32,000 nt of DNA from an archaeon (GCA_035390665.1 DAOOUC010000002.1:1-32000); one strand, 5' to 3'; shown: positions 1 to 8,377, counted from the first letter of the stretch. A program made the numbers and translations. The notes: generated from the sequence alone by a model not told the origin.

Positions 1-156
1 GAAGTAAAGGGAAAAGACATAATTGTAAGAGGTCACAACAAATACAATACTGGCCAAACAGCAGGAAATATTGAAAAAACCACAAGAGTTGTTGGAAGAG
101 ATTTCAGAATATTTGATGATGGTTGTTATATTGTTGAAAAAGCAAAGCAGGAATGA
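1..156 (+). CDS. rpl6: 50S ribosomal protein L6 (uL6), C-terminal fragment; the gene starts upstream of the window
   Basis: Frame 1 is open from base 1 and reads [51 protein letters not shown]. The [11 protein letters not shown] tail resembles archaeal L6 C-termini. It sits directly before L32e as in the archaeal spc-like cluster. Confidence 0.75.
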   Translation, partial: EVKGKDIIVRGHNKYNTGQTAGNIEKTTRVVGRDFRIFDDGCYIVEKAKQE

Positions 157-497
157 TTATGAGTAATGATACACCAAACTTTAGAGGGCATTTCCCAATT
201 ACACTTAGAAGAACAAAACATAATAGAAAAGTTCAGAAATGGAGATATCCAAGAGGTATTGATAGACACATGTCTGAAAAGAAAGGACCTCAGCCAAAAA
301 TAGGATATGGTCATAAATCTGAATTAAAAGACGCGCACCCTTGTGGTTTAAAAGAATGTTTAATTAGATCTAAAACAGACCTTTTAAAATTAGAAACAAA
401 AGATGTTGTAATTAGATTTAGTGCAACTCTTGGTGAAAAGAAAAAATTAGAATTAAAAGCACTTGCAAAAGAAAAAGGATATAAAGTAATTAATTAA
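153..497 (+). CDS. rpl32e: 50S ribosomal protein L32e
   Basis: The [24 protein letters not shown]...[10 protein letters not shown] region is typical of L32e. The start overlaps the L6 stop by ATGA. Synteny L6-L32e-L19e. Confidence 0.9.
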   Translation: MIMSNDTPNFRGHFPITLRRTKHNRKVQKWRYPRGIDRHMSEKKGPQPKIGYGHKSELKDAHPCGLKECLIRSKTDLLKLETKDVVIRFSATLGEKKKLELKALAKEKGYKVIN

Positions 498-511
498 ATT
501 GGTGTAATTAT

Positions 512-961
512 ATGAAATTAAATAAATTAAAAGATATTTCAGGAACACTTCTTAAGAAAAGTAAACACAAGTTAGTTGTTGATAAAAAAGCTTATGATGA
601 CAACAAAGAATTTGTAGATAAGGCAATAACTAAACAAGATGTTAGAGAAATAATCTCAAAAGGAGTTATTAAGAAAAAAGCAGATACTGGGCAATCAAGA
701 GGAAGAGCAAGAGTCCTTTTAGAAAAAAAGAAACTTAAAAGAAAAAGAGGACAAGGAAAAAGAAAGGGAACGCCACAGGCAAGACAGAAAAGAAATACTT
801 ATAATGAAAGAGTAAGAGGTCTTAGAAAAAGATTAAGAGAATTAAGAAAAGAAGACAAATTAAATGATAAAGTTTATAGTAAAATTTATCTTATGATTAA
901 AGGAAATTATTTTAGAGGAAAAAAACATTTAGAAGAATATATTAGTGGTGAAAATAAATGA
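512..961 (+). CDS. rpl19e: 50S ribosomal protein L19e
   Basis: N-terminal KLVVD...ITKQDVREIISKGVIKKK..TGQSRGRARV followed by an Arg/Lys-rich tail, typical of L19e. GGTG lies upstream of the ATG. Confidence 0.9.
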   Translation: MKLNKLKDISGTLLKKSKHKLVVDKKAYDDNKEFVDKAITKQDVREIISKGVIKKKADTGQSRGRARVLLEKKKLKRKRGQGKRKGTPQARQKRNTYNERVRGLRKRLRELRKEDKLNDKVYSKIYLMIKGNYFRGKKHLEEYISGENK

Positions 962-1470
962 CATCAGGACCAACTTATAAAACTCAGTTCAAAAGAAGAA
1001 TTGAACAAAAAACAGATTATAAGAAAAGATTAGCAATTCTTAAATCTAAAAAAGACAGAGTAGTCTTGAGAATATCTAATGTATCAGTAAAAGCACAATT
1101 AATTAGATATGATAAAGATGGAGACAAAACAATTGTTTCTGCATATTCAAAAGAATTAATTGCTTTAGGATATACAGGAAATATAAAAAACACTCCTGCA
1201 GTTTATCTAACAACATTATTACTTTGCCAAAAAGCAAAAAAAGCAGGCATTAAAGAAGTTGTTTTTGACTTAGGTGCAAGAAATTATAAATCAGGCAATA
1301 AAATATTTGCTGGATTAAAAGCAATTGTTGATAGTGGAATTGATTGTCCACACAACGAGAAAGCATTCCCTACAAAAGACAGAATAGAAGGAAAAGTAAT
1401 TTCAGGTTATTTAAAAAAACCTGTTGATAAAGAATTTACAACAGTTAAAGAAAAAATATTAAAGATGTGA
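958..1470 (+). CDS. rpl18: 50S ribosomal protein L18 (uL18)
   Basis: GPTYKTQFKRRIEQKTDYKKRLAILKSKKDRVVLRISN matches the archaeal L18/L5e N-terminus. ATGA overlap with L19e. Confidence 0.9.
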   Translation: MTSGPTYKTQFKRRIEQKTDYKKRLAILKSKKDRVVLRISNVSVKAQLIRYDKDGDKTIVSAYSKELIALGYTGNIKNTPAVYLTTLLLCQKAKKAGIKEVVFDLGARNYKSGNKIFAGLKAIVDSGIDCPHNEKAFPTKDRIEGKVISGYLKKPVDKEFTTVKEKILKM

Positions 1471-1477
1471 TTATTTT

Positions 1478-2194
1478 ATGTGTGCGTTTAGAGAAAGAAA
1501 CAGCAGAGATAAAGGAAGAAGAAGAGAAAAAGAAAAGGAAAAAGTTTTTGATAAAGATTTATGGCTTCCAAAAACAGAACTAGGTAAGAAAGTAAAATCT
1601 GGAGAAGTTTCTTCACTTGATGATGTTTTCAAACTTGGAAAAAAAATAATGGAACCAGAAATTATCGATTATTTTATTCCTGAATTACAAATGAAAGTTA
1701 TTGATGTTAAGAAAACAACAAGAGTAACAAGAGCAGGAAGACATTTCTCTTTTAGAGTTTCTGTAATTATTGGAGACGGAAACGGACACATAGGCGTTGG
1801 TACAGGAAAGAATATTGAAAGAATTATAGCACAGCAAAAAGCAATCAAAGAAGCAAAATTAAATCTTGTTCCAATAAAAAGAGGTTGTGGATCTTGGGAA
1901 TGTAATTGTTCAAAAAAGCATTCTGTTCCTTATAAAATTATAGGAAAATGTTCATCTCTTAGAGTTGAATTACTTCCAGCACCAAACGGAATTGGTTTAG
2001 CTGCAAGTGATACAATTAAACCAGTTTTAACATTAGTTGGAATAAAAGACGTTTGGTCTAATACTAGAGGTGCAACAGACACGAAATTAAACTTTGTTAG
2101 AGCAACAATTGATGCTTTATATAAAATTTCAGAATTGAAATCAAGAGAGCCAAGTGCTGAATCTGAAATAAAAGAAGAAGAAAAAGGTAATTAA
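1478..2194 (+). CDS. rps5: 30S ribosomal protein S5 (uS5)
   Basis: RVTRAGRHFSFRVSVIIGDGNGHIGVGTGK core plus the archaeal RGCGSWECNC..HSVPYKIIGKC segment. Synteny L18-S5-L30. Confidence 0.9.
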   Translation: MCAFRERNSRDKGRRREKEKEKVFDKDLWLPKTELGKKVKSGEVSSLDDVFKLGKKIMEPEIIDYFIPELQMKVIDVKKTTRVTRAGRHFSFRVSVIIGDGNGHIGVGTGKNIERIIAQQKAIKEAKLNLVPIKRGCGSWECNCSKKHSVPYKIIGKCSSLRVELLPAPNGIGLAASDTIKPVLTLVGIKDVWSNTRGATDTKLNFVRATIDALYKISELKSREPSAESEIKEEEKGN

Positions 2195-2196
2195 AT

Positions 2197-2661
2197 ATGT
2201 TTGCAATATTAAGAGTAAGAGGACCAATTAAGGTTAATGTAGATATTGAACACACAATGAAATTATTAAGACTTACAAGAGTTAATCATTGTGTAATATA
2301 TCCTGAAGACAAGAAAATAAAAGGAATGTTATTTAAGATAAGAAACCTAGTTACTTATGGAGAAATAACAAATGAAACCTTAAAGAAAATGCTTGTAAAA
2401 AGAGGATTTGTTTATACAGATAAAGGAAAATTACTTAAGTTTAAAGAACAATATACAGATGAAAAGAAAATAGATAAGCTTGTTGAGGATTTAATTGCTG
2501 GAAAAGTTAAGATGAATGATGTTAATTTAAAACCAGTATTTAGATTAAAGCCACCAACAAAAGGATACGACAGAAAAGGAATTAAAAAAACATTTAAGGA
2601 AGGCGGAGTTCTAGGATATAGAGCAGACCACATAAATAAATTACTTTTAAAAATGATTTAA
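2197..2661 (+). CDS. rpl30: 50S ribosomal protein L30 (uL30, L7e type)
   Basis: MFAILRVRGPIKVNVDIEHTMKLLRLTRVNHCV is a typical L30 N-terminus. Synteny. Confidence 0.9.
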   Translation: MFAILRVRGPIKVNVDIEHTMKLLRLTRVNHCVIYPEDKKIKGMLFKIRNLVTYGEITNETLKKMLVKRGFVYTDKGKLLKFKEQYTDEKKIDKLVEDLIAGKVKMNDVNLKPVFRLKPPTKGYDRKGIKKTFKEGGVLGYRADHINKLLLKMI

Positions 2662-2674
2662 ATTTGGGATAATT

Positions 2675-3043
2675 ATGGGTAGAACAAAAGTTGATAGATT
2701 AAGAGGAAAAAGAACTCACGGTCACGGTAACACAAAGAACGCAAGAGGTTCTGGTTGTACTGGTGGAAAAGGTAGAGCTGGATCCACAAAACACAAATTC
2801 ACTAAATATTATGTTGATTTTGGCCAGAGAATAACACTTAAGGCAAAAACAAAATTAAAAACAATTACATTAGAAGCATTATCTGGATTAATTAAAGATC
2901 AGAAAGAAATAAATTTAAAAGAAATGGGTTATGATAAAATCTTAGGAAAAGGAAAATTATCAAAACCAGTAATAATAAAAAATGCAATTGCAACAGAAAT
3001 TGCAAAAGAAAAAATAGAAAGCATTGGGGGAAAACTTGAATGA
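2675..3043 (+). CDS. rpl15: 50S ribosomal protein L15 (uL15)
   Basis: RLRGKRTHGHGNTKNARGSGCTGGKGRAGSTKHKF glycine/basic N-terminus typical of L15. Directly upstream of secY. Confidence 0.88.
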   Translation: MGRTKVDRLRGKRTHGHGNTKNARGSGCTGGKGRAGSTKHKFTKYYVDFGQRITLKAKTKLKTITLEALSGLIKDQKEINLKEMGYDKILGKGKLSKPVIIKNAIATEIAKEKIESIGGKLE

Positions 3044-4374
3044 GTTTCTTTGATGGCCTTTTAAAGGCATTACCTGCAGTTAAGGACCCTAGTAAGGTTC
3101 CAACTACAAGGCAAAAATTGCTTTGGACTTTAATTGTTTTGGTTATTTATTTTATACTTGGTACAATAAGTTTAATTGGACTTGATCCAAGTAAGACTGC
3201 AAGTCTTGGAATGTATCAAATGATTCTTGCAAGTGATATCGGTACATTAATTACTCTTGGTATTGGGCCAATTGTTTTAGCATCAATTATTTTACAATTG
3301 CTTGCAGGAGTAAAAATAATTAATTTTGATTTTTCTAATCCTGCAGAAAGAGCAAGATTTACAGGAACACAAAAATTATTAGCAATAATATTATCTTTAG
3401 TTCAAGCATTTATTTATGTTAAATTTGGAATGCTTGCTCCACTTCCAGGAATGCTTTGGTTAGTGGTTTTGCAGGTTTTCATAGGTGCAATGATTGTATT
3501 GTATCTAGATGAAGTAGTAAGCAAATATGGAATTGGTTCAGGAATTGGATTATTCATCGCGGCAGGAGTTTGTCAAACAATTATTTGGAGAATTTTTAGT
3601 TTTCCAGTAACTTCTCAAAATTATCCTGGTGGACTATTATTCCAAGGAATACAATTATTGATGAGTGGTGCAACACTTGAATTATTATCAGTAGTATTAC
3701 TTCCAATAATTTTTACAATTGTTGTTTTCTTAGCAGTAGTGTATGCAGAAAGCGTACATGTTAATATTCCATTAACAGTTGGAAGAAGCGGCATGGGTGC
3801 TAACTTTCCAGTTAAATTAATGTATGTTTCAAATATGCCTGTAATTTTAGCCGCAACATTGTTTGCAAATGTTGCATTGTTAGCAACTTTATTTAAAAAT
3901 ACGGCAGCAGCAAATGTTTTAATTCCTTTATCCAATTTTTTGACTGCACCTCACGAACTATTACAAAATATAATTATGGGCGCAGCAACAGGAAGTATGT
4001 TATTACATGCACTTGGATACACAATAGTTTTTGTTTTAATTTGTGTAATCTTTGGAAAATTTTGGATTGAAGTGGGTGGACAAGGAACAGAAAATGTTGC
4101 AAGTCAATTACAAAGATCAGGAATGTCTATTCCAGGATTTAGAAGAGATGAAAGAGTTTTAGTTTCTGTATTAAACAGATATATTCCAACAATTGTGATT
4201 CTAGGATCAATATTTGTTGCATTATTAGCTGTATTAGCAGATCTCACAGGAGCAATAGGTACAGGAACAGGAATATTATTAACAGTTGGAATAGTTTATA
4301 GATTTTATGAACAATTGGCAAAGGATCAATTATTTGAATCCGGGAATTTTTTAAAACAAATGATGGGTAAGTGA
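3040..4374 (+). CDS. secY: Preprotein translocase subunit SecY
   Basis: 444 aa polytopic membrane protein with the GIGPIVLASIILQLL SecY signature. ATGA overlap with L15. Canonical position after L15. Confidence 0.95.
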   Translation: MSFFDGLLKALPAVKDPSKVPTTRQKLLWTLIVLVIYFILGTISLIGLDPSKTASLGMYQMILASDIGTLITLGIGPIVLASIILQLLAGVKIINFDFSNPAERARFTGTQKLLAIILSLVQAFIYVKFGMLAPLPGMLWLVVLQVFIGAMIVLYLDEVVSKYGIGSGIGLFIAAGVCQTIIWRIFSFPVTSQNYPGGLLFQGIQLLMSGATLELLSVVLLPIIFTIVVFLAVVYAESVHVNIPLTVGRSGMGANFPVKLMYVSNMPVILAATLFANVALLATLFKNTAAANVLIPLSNFLTAPHELLQNIIMGAATGSMLLHALGYTIVFVLICVIFGKFWIEVGGQGTENVASQLQRSGMSIPGFRRDERVLVSVLNRYIPTIVILGSIFVALLAVLADLTGAIGTGTGILLTVGIVYRFYEQLAKDQLFESGNFLKQMMGK

Positions 4375-4380
4375 TGTTTG

Positions 4381-4857
4381 ATGAATGTGCCAATGATTGA
4401 CAAATGGGTTGATTTGATTTTTATTGCAGTTATTTTTGTAATAACCAATAGAACAATACAACATTTATTTGCGGATCCTAAAGAGTATTTTTTTGTTAAA
4501 AGAAGAAATAAAGAAATACAAGAAGAAATGAAAGGGCTAATGGCAAAGAACGACTACATAGCTGTTCAAGAAAAACAAAAAGAAGCATTTAATTTAATGT
4601 CAAGACAATTTAAGTCTTTATTTAAAACAATGATTCCATTATTATTATTGTCTTTACCATTCCTATATGTTATAAATAAGTTTTATGGGCCAATACAATA
4701 CATTGTAACAACATTTCCATGGAGTTTTGATTTGTATGGTTTTTGGACATTTTTCTTTATAACATTTATATTATCAATAATTACAAACAATGTTTATGAC
4801 AAAATATTTGAAAAAAAATATGCAGATTATGTTCCTGCAGATTATAAAAAAAAATAA
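4381..4857 (+). CDS. DUF106/EMC3-TMCO1-like membrane protein (archaeal YidC/Oxa1-like insertase candidate)
   Basis: N-terminal TM, a charged coiled segment (KRRNKEIQEEMKGLMAKNDYIAVQEKQKEAF..MSRQFKSLFKTMIP), then two further TMs. It occupies the slot of the COG1422/DUF106 gene that follows secY/adk in archaea. ATG at 4381 is preferred over the track TTG at 4378. Confidence 0.7.
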   Translation: MNVPMIDKWVDLIFIAVIFVITNRTIQHLFADPKEYFFVKRRNKEIQEEMKGLMAKNDYIAVQEKQKEAFNLMSRQFKSLFKTMIPLLLLSLPFLYVINKFYGPIQYIVTTFPWSFDLYGFWTFFFITFILSIITNNVYDKIFEKKYADYVPADYKKK

Positions 4858-4907
4858 TTCATTTATAAATAAATTTATATATAATATACATATACGGTGA
4901 AAAAAAT

Positions 4908-5249
4908 ATGCCTAATCCAAATCAAAAATTTAAGAAACATAAAAGTACAATAACTCCTGGTAAAAGAAATTCAAGAGTAATTGTAAAAAAGAAAACATCA
5001 AATCATAAGTGTGCAGTATGTAAAAGTACATTACATGGTATGCCTCATGGAAAAAGAACATTTGAGGTTAAAAAATTAAGTAAAACAGAAAGAAGACCAG
5101 AGAATTTATTGTCAAGTGTTTTATGTCCAAAATGTAGACAAATTGCATATCAAGAAGCAGTAATGTTAAAGAATAATATTAAGCAAGAAAAAGATTTAGA
5201 TTTAAGATATTTAAAATATATAAAAATGATAATGAAAAAAATTGAGTGA
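4908..5249 (+). CDS. rpl34e: 50S ribosomal protein L34e
   Basis: TPGKRNSRVIVKKKTSNHKCAVCKSTLHGMPHGK...CPKC zinc-ribbon-like pattern typical of L34e. GGTGA SD 7 nt upstream. Confidence 0.85.
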   Translation: MPNPNQKFKKHKSTITPGKRNSRVIVKKKTSNHKCAVCKSTLHGMPHGKRTFEVKKLSKTERRPENLLSSVLCPKCRQIAYQEAVMLKNNIKQEKDLDLRYLKYIKMIMKKIE

Positions 5250-5255
5250 TTTTTT

Positions 5256-5414
5256 ATGGGTTTATTAAAAGTTGGAAAAAAATGCACAATAATGCAAGGA
5301 AGAAATTTTGGTAAAAAAATTATAATAGACAATTTAGATTCTAAATTTGTTTATTATAAAAATAAAGACAAAGTTGAAAAGATAGGAATACAACATGTAT
5401 TTCCTTTAGAATAA
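5256..5414 (+). CDS. rpl14e: 50S ribosomal protein L14e (short, 52 aa); absent from the supplied ORF track
   Basis: My own translation gives MGLLKVGKKCTIMQGRNFGKKIIIDNLDSKFVYYKNKDKVEKIGIQHVFPLE*. The KOW-like VGKKCTIMQGRNFGKK..IID...FV pattern and the H-V-FP-L ending fit L14e. A GAGTGA SD-like motif lies upstream. It holds the expected L34e-(cmk)-L14e position. Confidence 0.75.
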   Translation: MGLLKVGKKCTIMQGRNFGKKIIIDNLDSKFVYYKNKDKVEKIGIQHVFPLE

Positions 5415-5433
5415 TTAAAAATGTGAAATATTT

Positions 5434-6048
5434 ATGGCAAAAAAACAAGATAAAAAATCACAGGAAAATACTCCAAAGCAAAATAAAGGAAAGGCTTCTG
5501 CAGGTAAAGTTTTAAAAGTTGAAAAATCAACTCCACAAACAGATAAATTAAAGATGTCTAAAGCTAAACCAAAGCCAAGTCATTTTAATGCTGCAAAAGA
5601 AGGTGCAGACTTTAAACAAATAGTAAGAATATCAAATAGAGATGTTCCAGGTTATATGACTATTGCAGATGGTTTGACTCTGGTTTATGGAATAGGAAAA
5701 AGATCAAGTAAAATTATAGAAGAAATATTTTTTGAGAAATCAGGAAAAGTAATTACAAAAGTAGGTCATTTATCTGATGAAGATATATTAAAGATCGAAG
5801 ACATAATAGTTAATTTAGACAAATATGTGCCTGCTTGGTTATTAAATAGACCTAAAGAAAGAGACGGGGGCCAAGCACAATATATCATGGCTGATTTAAA
5901 GCTAGTTGAAAGAAAAGAACTTCAAAGACTTGGAAAAATAAAAAGTTATAGAGGTTTAAGATTACAATGGGGTCTAAGAGTAAGAGGCCAAAAAACAAAA
6001 TCAACTGGAAGAAGACATGGTACTATTGGTGTTAACAAAAAGAAATAA
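5434..6048 (+). CDS. rps13: 30S ribosomal protein S13 (uS13) with a ~57-aa Lys-rich N-terminal extension
   Basis: The core from FKQIVRISNRDVPG...GIGKRSS...YRGLRLQWGLRVRGQKTKSTGRR is S13. TGTGA SD-like motif before the 5434 ATG. Confidence 0.9.
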   Translation: MAKKQDKKSQENTPKQNKGKASAGKVLKVEKSTPQTDKLKMSKAKPKPSHFNAAKEGADFKQIVRISNRDVPGYMTIADGLTLVYGIGKRSSKIIEEIFFEKSGKVITKVGHLSDEDILKIEDIIVNLDKYVPAWLLNRPKERDGGQAQYIMADLKLVERKELQRLGKIKSYRGLRLQWGLRVRGQKTKSTGRRHGTIGVNKKK

Positions 6049-6073
6049 GGCATGAAAAAAACGGTGAATAAAA

Positions 6074-6622
6074 ATGGGTGAACCTAGAAAATTAAGTAGA
6101 AGGTATGATGTACCAAGAAAATTGCACGATAAACAAAAAATGATTATCGATAATAAACTAACAAAAGAATATGGTTTAAAAACTAAAAAAGAAATTTGGA
6201 AAGCAGAATCTGTTGTTAGAAATTATAGAAAAGTTGCAAGAAGTCTTTTAGCAGGAAATGTTGATAATTATGAGAAAAGACATGCAGAACTTTTAGGAAG
6301 ATTACAGAAGATGGGTATCTTTACAAAAGATCACACAATAGATGATGTTTTAAAATTACAAGCATCTGATATTTTAGAAAGAAGATTACAAACACAAGCA
6401 TTTAGAAGAGGATTAGCATTAACACCAAATCAAGCAAGACAATTAATTGTTCATGGGCATGTTATTGTAAACGGAGTTAAGAGAACAGCACCAGGTTCAA
6501 TCGTAATGGCAGGAGATTCAATTGCTTATAAAAATACAAAAATAAAAGCAGTAATTGACAAATCACTTGAACAAAAAGGTAAACCAGCATTAAAAGAAAC
6601 AAAAAAGGAGAGTGAACAATAA
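6074..6622 (+). CDS. rps4: 30S ribosomal protein S4 (uS4)
   Basis: S4 domain RRLQTQAFRRGLALTPNQARQLIVHGHVIVNG. GGTGA SD. Synteny S13-S4-S11. Confidence 0.92.
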   Translation: MGEPRKLSRRYDVPRKLHDKQKMIIDNKLTKEYGLKTKKEIWKAESVVRNYRKVARSLLAGNVDNYEKRHAELLGRLQKMGIFTKDHTIDDVLKLQASDILERRLQTQAFRRGLALTPNQARQLIVHGHVIVNGVKRTAPGSIVMAGDSIAYKNTKIKAVIDKSLEQKGKPALKETKKESEQ

Positions 6623-7012
6623 ATGGCAGCTCCAGGAAAAACAGGTATAGTAAATATTTTTGCTTCAAGAAATAACACCTTGATTGTTTTAACAGATGAA
6701 ACCGGAGCAGAAGTTATTGCAAAATGTTCTGGTGGACAAATGACAAAATCACAACATAAAGAAGGATCACCTTACATTGCAACAAAAATTGCTCAAACAA
6801 TTGCAGATAAAGCTAATGAAAAAGGAATAAAGAATGTTCACGTTAAGATAAGAGCACCAGGTGGAAATTTATATTATAATCCAGGACAAGGTGCAGAATC
6901 ATCATTAAAGACATTAACAAGAGCAGGTCTTAATATTTTAAGTATTTCAAACACTACACCAGTCCCACACGATGGTTGTAGAAAACAAGAAAAGTTTAGA
7001 AAGAAAAATTAA
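6623..7012 (+). CDS. rps11: 30S ribosomal protein S11 (uS11)
   Basis: GIVNIFASRNNTLIVLTDETG...GIKNVHVKIRAPGG...GAESSLKTLTRAGL typical of S11. The start abuts the S4 stop. Confidence 0.92.
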   Translation: MAAPGKTGIVNIFASRNNTLIVLTDETGAEVIAKCSGGQMTKSQHKEGSPYIATKIAQTIADKANEKGIKNVHVKIRAPGGNLYYNPGQGAESSLKTLTRAGLNILSISNTTPVPHDGCRKQEKFRKKN

Positions 7013-7030
7013 GGTTAAAAAGGGAAAAAA

Positions 7031-7768
7031 ATGGTAAAAATAACATATCTTGATAAAGATGATAAAACACATAGGTTTTTAGTTGAAGGTACAGAAATTA
7101 CTAACTTAAATGTTTTAAGAAGAAAGATAGGTTATTGTTTAGACGTGTATGCAATTGATGAAGTTGACTTTTATGAAAACGATTCAGTAATTGTTGATGA
7201 AATGCTTGCAAATAGATTAGCATTATGTCCATTAACAACACCAGAAAATACAACAGGAAAAAAAGTAACTTTAAGTTTAGAAAAAACAGGTCCTTGTACA
7301 GTTTATTCAGGAGATCTTAAATCTAATGATAATGATATTGCACCAGTTTATGACACCATTCCATTAACAAAATTAAAAGAAAATCAAAATTTAAGATTAG
7401 ATGCATATGCAACACAAGGACAAGGAAGGACACACGTTAAATTTTCTCCAGCAATTGTATCTTATTCAATATTACCAGAATTAGAAATATTAAGAGGGTG
7501 CGATAGTTGTGAATTATGTGTAAAAGCTTGCCCAGTTAATTGTATTAAAATGGCATCAGGTAAACCAAAAATGGATGATGTTAATAAATGTATTAATTGT
7601 CAAGCGTGTGTTGATGCATGTCCAAAAAGTTGTTTAAAATTAAATGATACTAATAACTATATATTGTCAATAGAATTAATAGGCCAAATGGAAGTTTCAA
7701 CAATAATAAAATTATTAGATAGATATTCAAAAGAATATTTTATGTTACTTAAAAAGAAATTTAAGTAA
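7031..7768 (+). CDS. rpoD: DNA-directed RNA polymerase subunit D (Rpo3) with an inserted ferredoxin-like 2x CxxCxxCxxxCP domain
   Basis: Position after S11. N-terminal dimerisation-domain pattern (..LRRKIGYCLDVYAIDEVDFYENDSVIVDEMLANRLALCPL). Motifs CDSCELCVKACP and CINCQACVDACP. Confidence 0.88.
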   Translation: MVKITYLDKDDKTHRFLVEGTEITNLNVLRRKIGYCLDVYAIDEVDFYENDSVIVDEMLANRLALCPLTTPENTTGKKVTLSLEKTGPCTVYSGDLKSNDNDIAPVYDTIPLTKLKENQNLRLDAYATQGQGRTHVKFSPAIVSYSILPELEILRGCDSCELCVKACPVNCIKMASGKPKMDDVNKCINCQACVDACPKSCLKLNDTNNYILSIELIGQMEVSTIIKLLDRYSKEYFMLLKKKFK

Positions 7769-7776
7769 TTTGATTT

Positions 7777-7858
7777 GCTGGGGTTCCCGAGCGGTCAAAG
7801 GGGCTGGACTTAAGATCCAGTGCTTAGTGCTTCACAGGTTCGAATCCTGTCCTCAGCA
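7777..7858 (+). tRNA. tRNA-Leu (anticodon UAA), type II with a long variable arm; no encoded CCA
   Basis: Hand-folded cloverleaf. Acceptor GCTGGGG/CCTCAGC (one G-U). D arm CCC-GAGCGGTCAAA-GGG. Anticodon stem CTGGA/TCCAG with loop CTTAAGA. 13-nt variable region. T arm ACAGG-TTCGAAT-CCTGT. Discriminator A. It starts 8 nt after the rpoD stop. Confidence 0.85.
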
Positions 7859-7992
7859 GAGCTGGTTTCGCTCATGTTAAAAAAATCTAAAGATTTTTTG
7901 GCATCCTAAAAACCAACAGGTTTTTATGAGCTCGCACGCAATGTTTGCTAGATCCCAAAGAAAAATAAGAATTGATATTTAAAAATTAAAAA

Positions 7993-8361
7993 ATGATGAA
8001 AATTATGAAAGCATTAGATAAAAAGAATTTACAAACTCAGAAATTAATATCTGAATTATATAGATTATCAAAAGATAAGAAAAAAGAAGTTTATGCAGTA
8101 GTTGCTAAATCTCTAATGGCGCCAACTAGAAAAATAAATGGTGTTAATTTCTTTAAATTACAAAAATCAAGTCACGTTGTTGATGGCGACATAATTGTAA
8201 TTCCAGGAAAATTACTTGCGGTTGGAACATTAGAAAAGAAAATTACAATATATGCAAACGGTTTTTCTGAAAGCGCAAAAGCAAAATTTAAAAATATAAA
8301 ATTATTATCTGATTTGATAAAGGATAATGTAGACTATAAAAAAATTAAATTAATTAAATAA
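7993..8361 (+). CDS. rpl18e: 50S ribosomal protein L18e
   Basis: ..VYAVVAKSLMAPTRKINGVNFFKL...DGDIIVIPGKLLAVGTLEKKITIYANGFSESAKAK matches the L18e pattern. It precedes L13-S9. Start ambiguous among ATGs at 7993, 7996 and 8005. Confidence 0.85.
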   Translation: MMKIMKALDKKNLQTQKLISELYRLSKDKKKEVYAVVAKSLMAPTRKINGVNFFKLQKSSHVVDGDIIVIPGKLLAVGTLEKKITIYANGFSESAKAKFKNIKLLSDLIKDNVDYKKIKLIK

Positions 8362-8377
8362 TTTTTGGTGAATTTTT

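Noticed and set aside
126-314. Short minus-strand or overlapping ORFs from the track (126-314, 2412-2633, 5150-5332, 6477-6668, 8472-8657, 11519-11719, 12113-12334, 19405-19611, 19733-19945, 21158-21409, 25295-25483, 27349-27582, 28912-29097, 29595-29831, 30025-30216, 30868-31143, 31693-31989).
   Set aside because: They overlap better-supported genes on the opposite strand or in another frame. They lack SD motifs and have composition-driven low-complexity sequences.
7820-7833. Tandem 7-nt duplication GTGCTTA-GTGCTTC in the variable region of tRNA-Leu.
   Set aside because: The 13-nt variable region can still form a short type II arm (U.G, G.U, C-G with loop UUA). The rest of the cloverleaf is canonical, so there is not enough evidence to call the tRNA aberrant.
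7861-7876. GCTGGTTTCGCTCATG right after the tRNA resembles the tRNA 5' end (GCTGGGGTTCCCGAGCG), hinting at an integration (att) duplication.
   Set aside because: Only the first 5 nt match convincingly. Integrative elements duplicate tRNA 3' ends rather than 5' ends. No integrase or foreign gene block is adjacent.
7992-8054. Box C/D sRNA-like pair: ATGATGA at 7992-7998 and CTGA at about 8051.
   Set aside because: There are no internal D'/C' boxes and no terminal stem. The ATGATGA is simply the tandem Met start of the L18e ORF, so this is most likely coincidence inside coding sequence.
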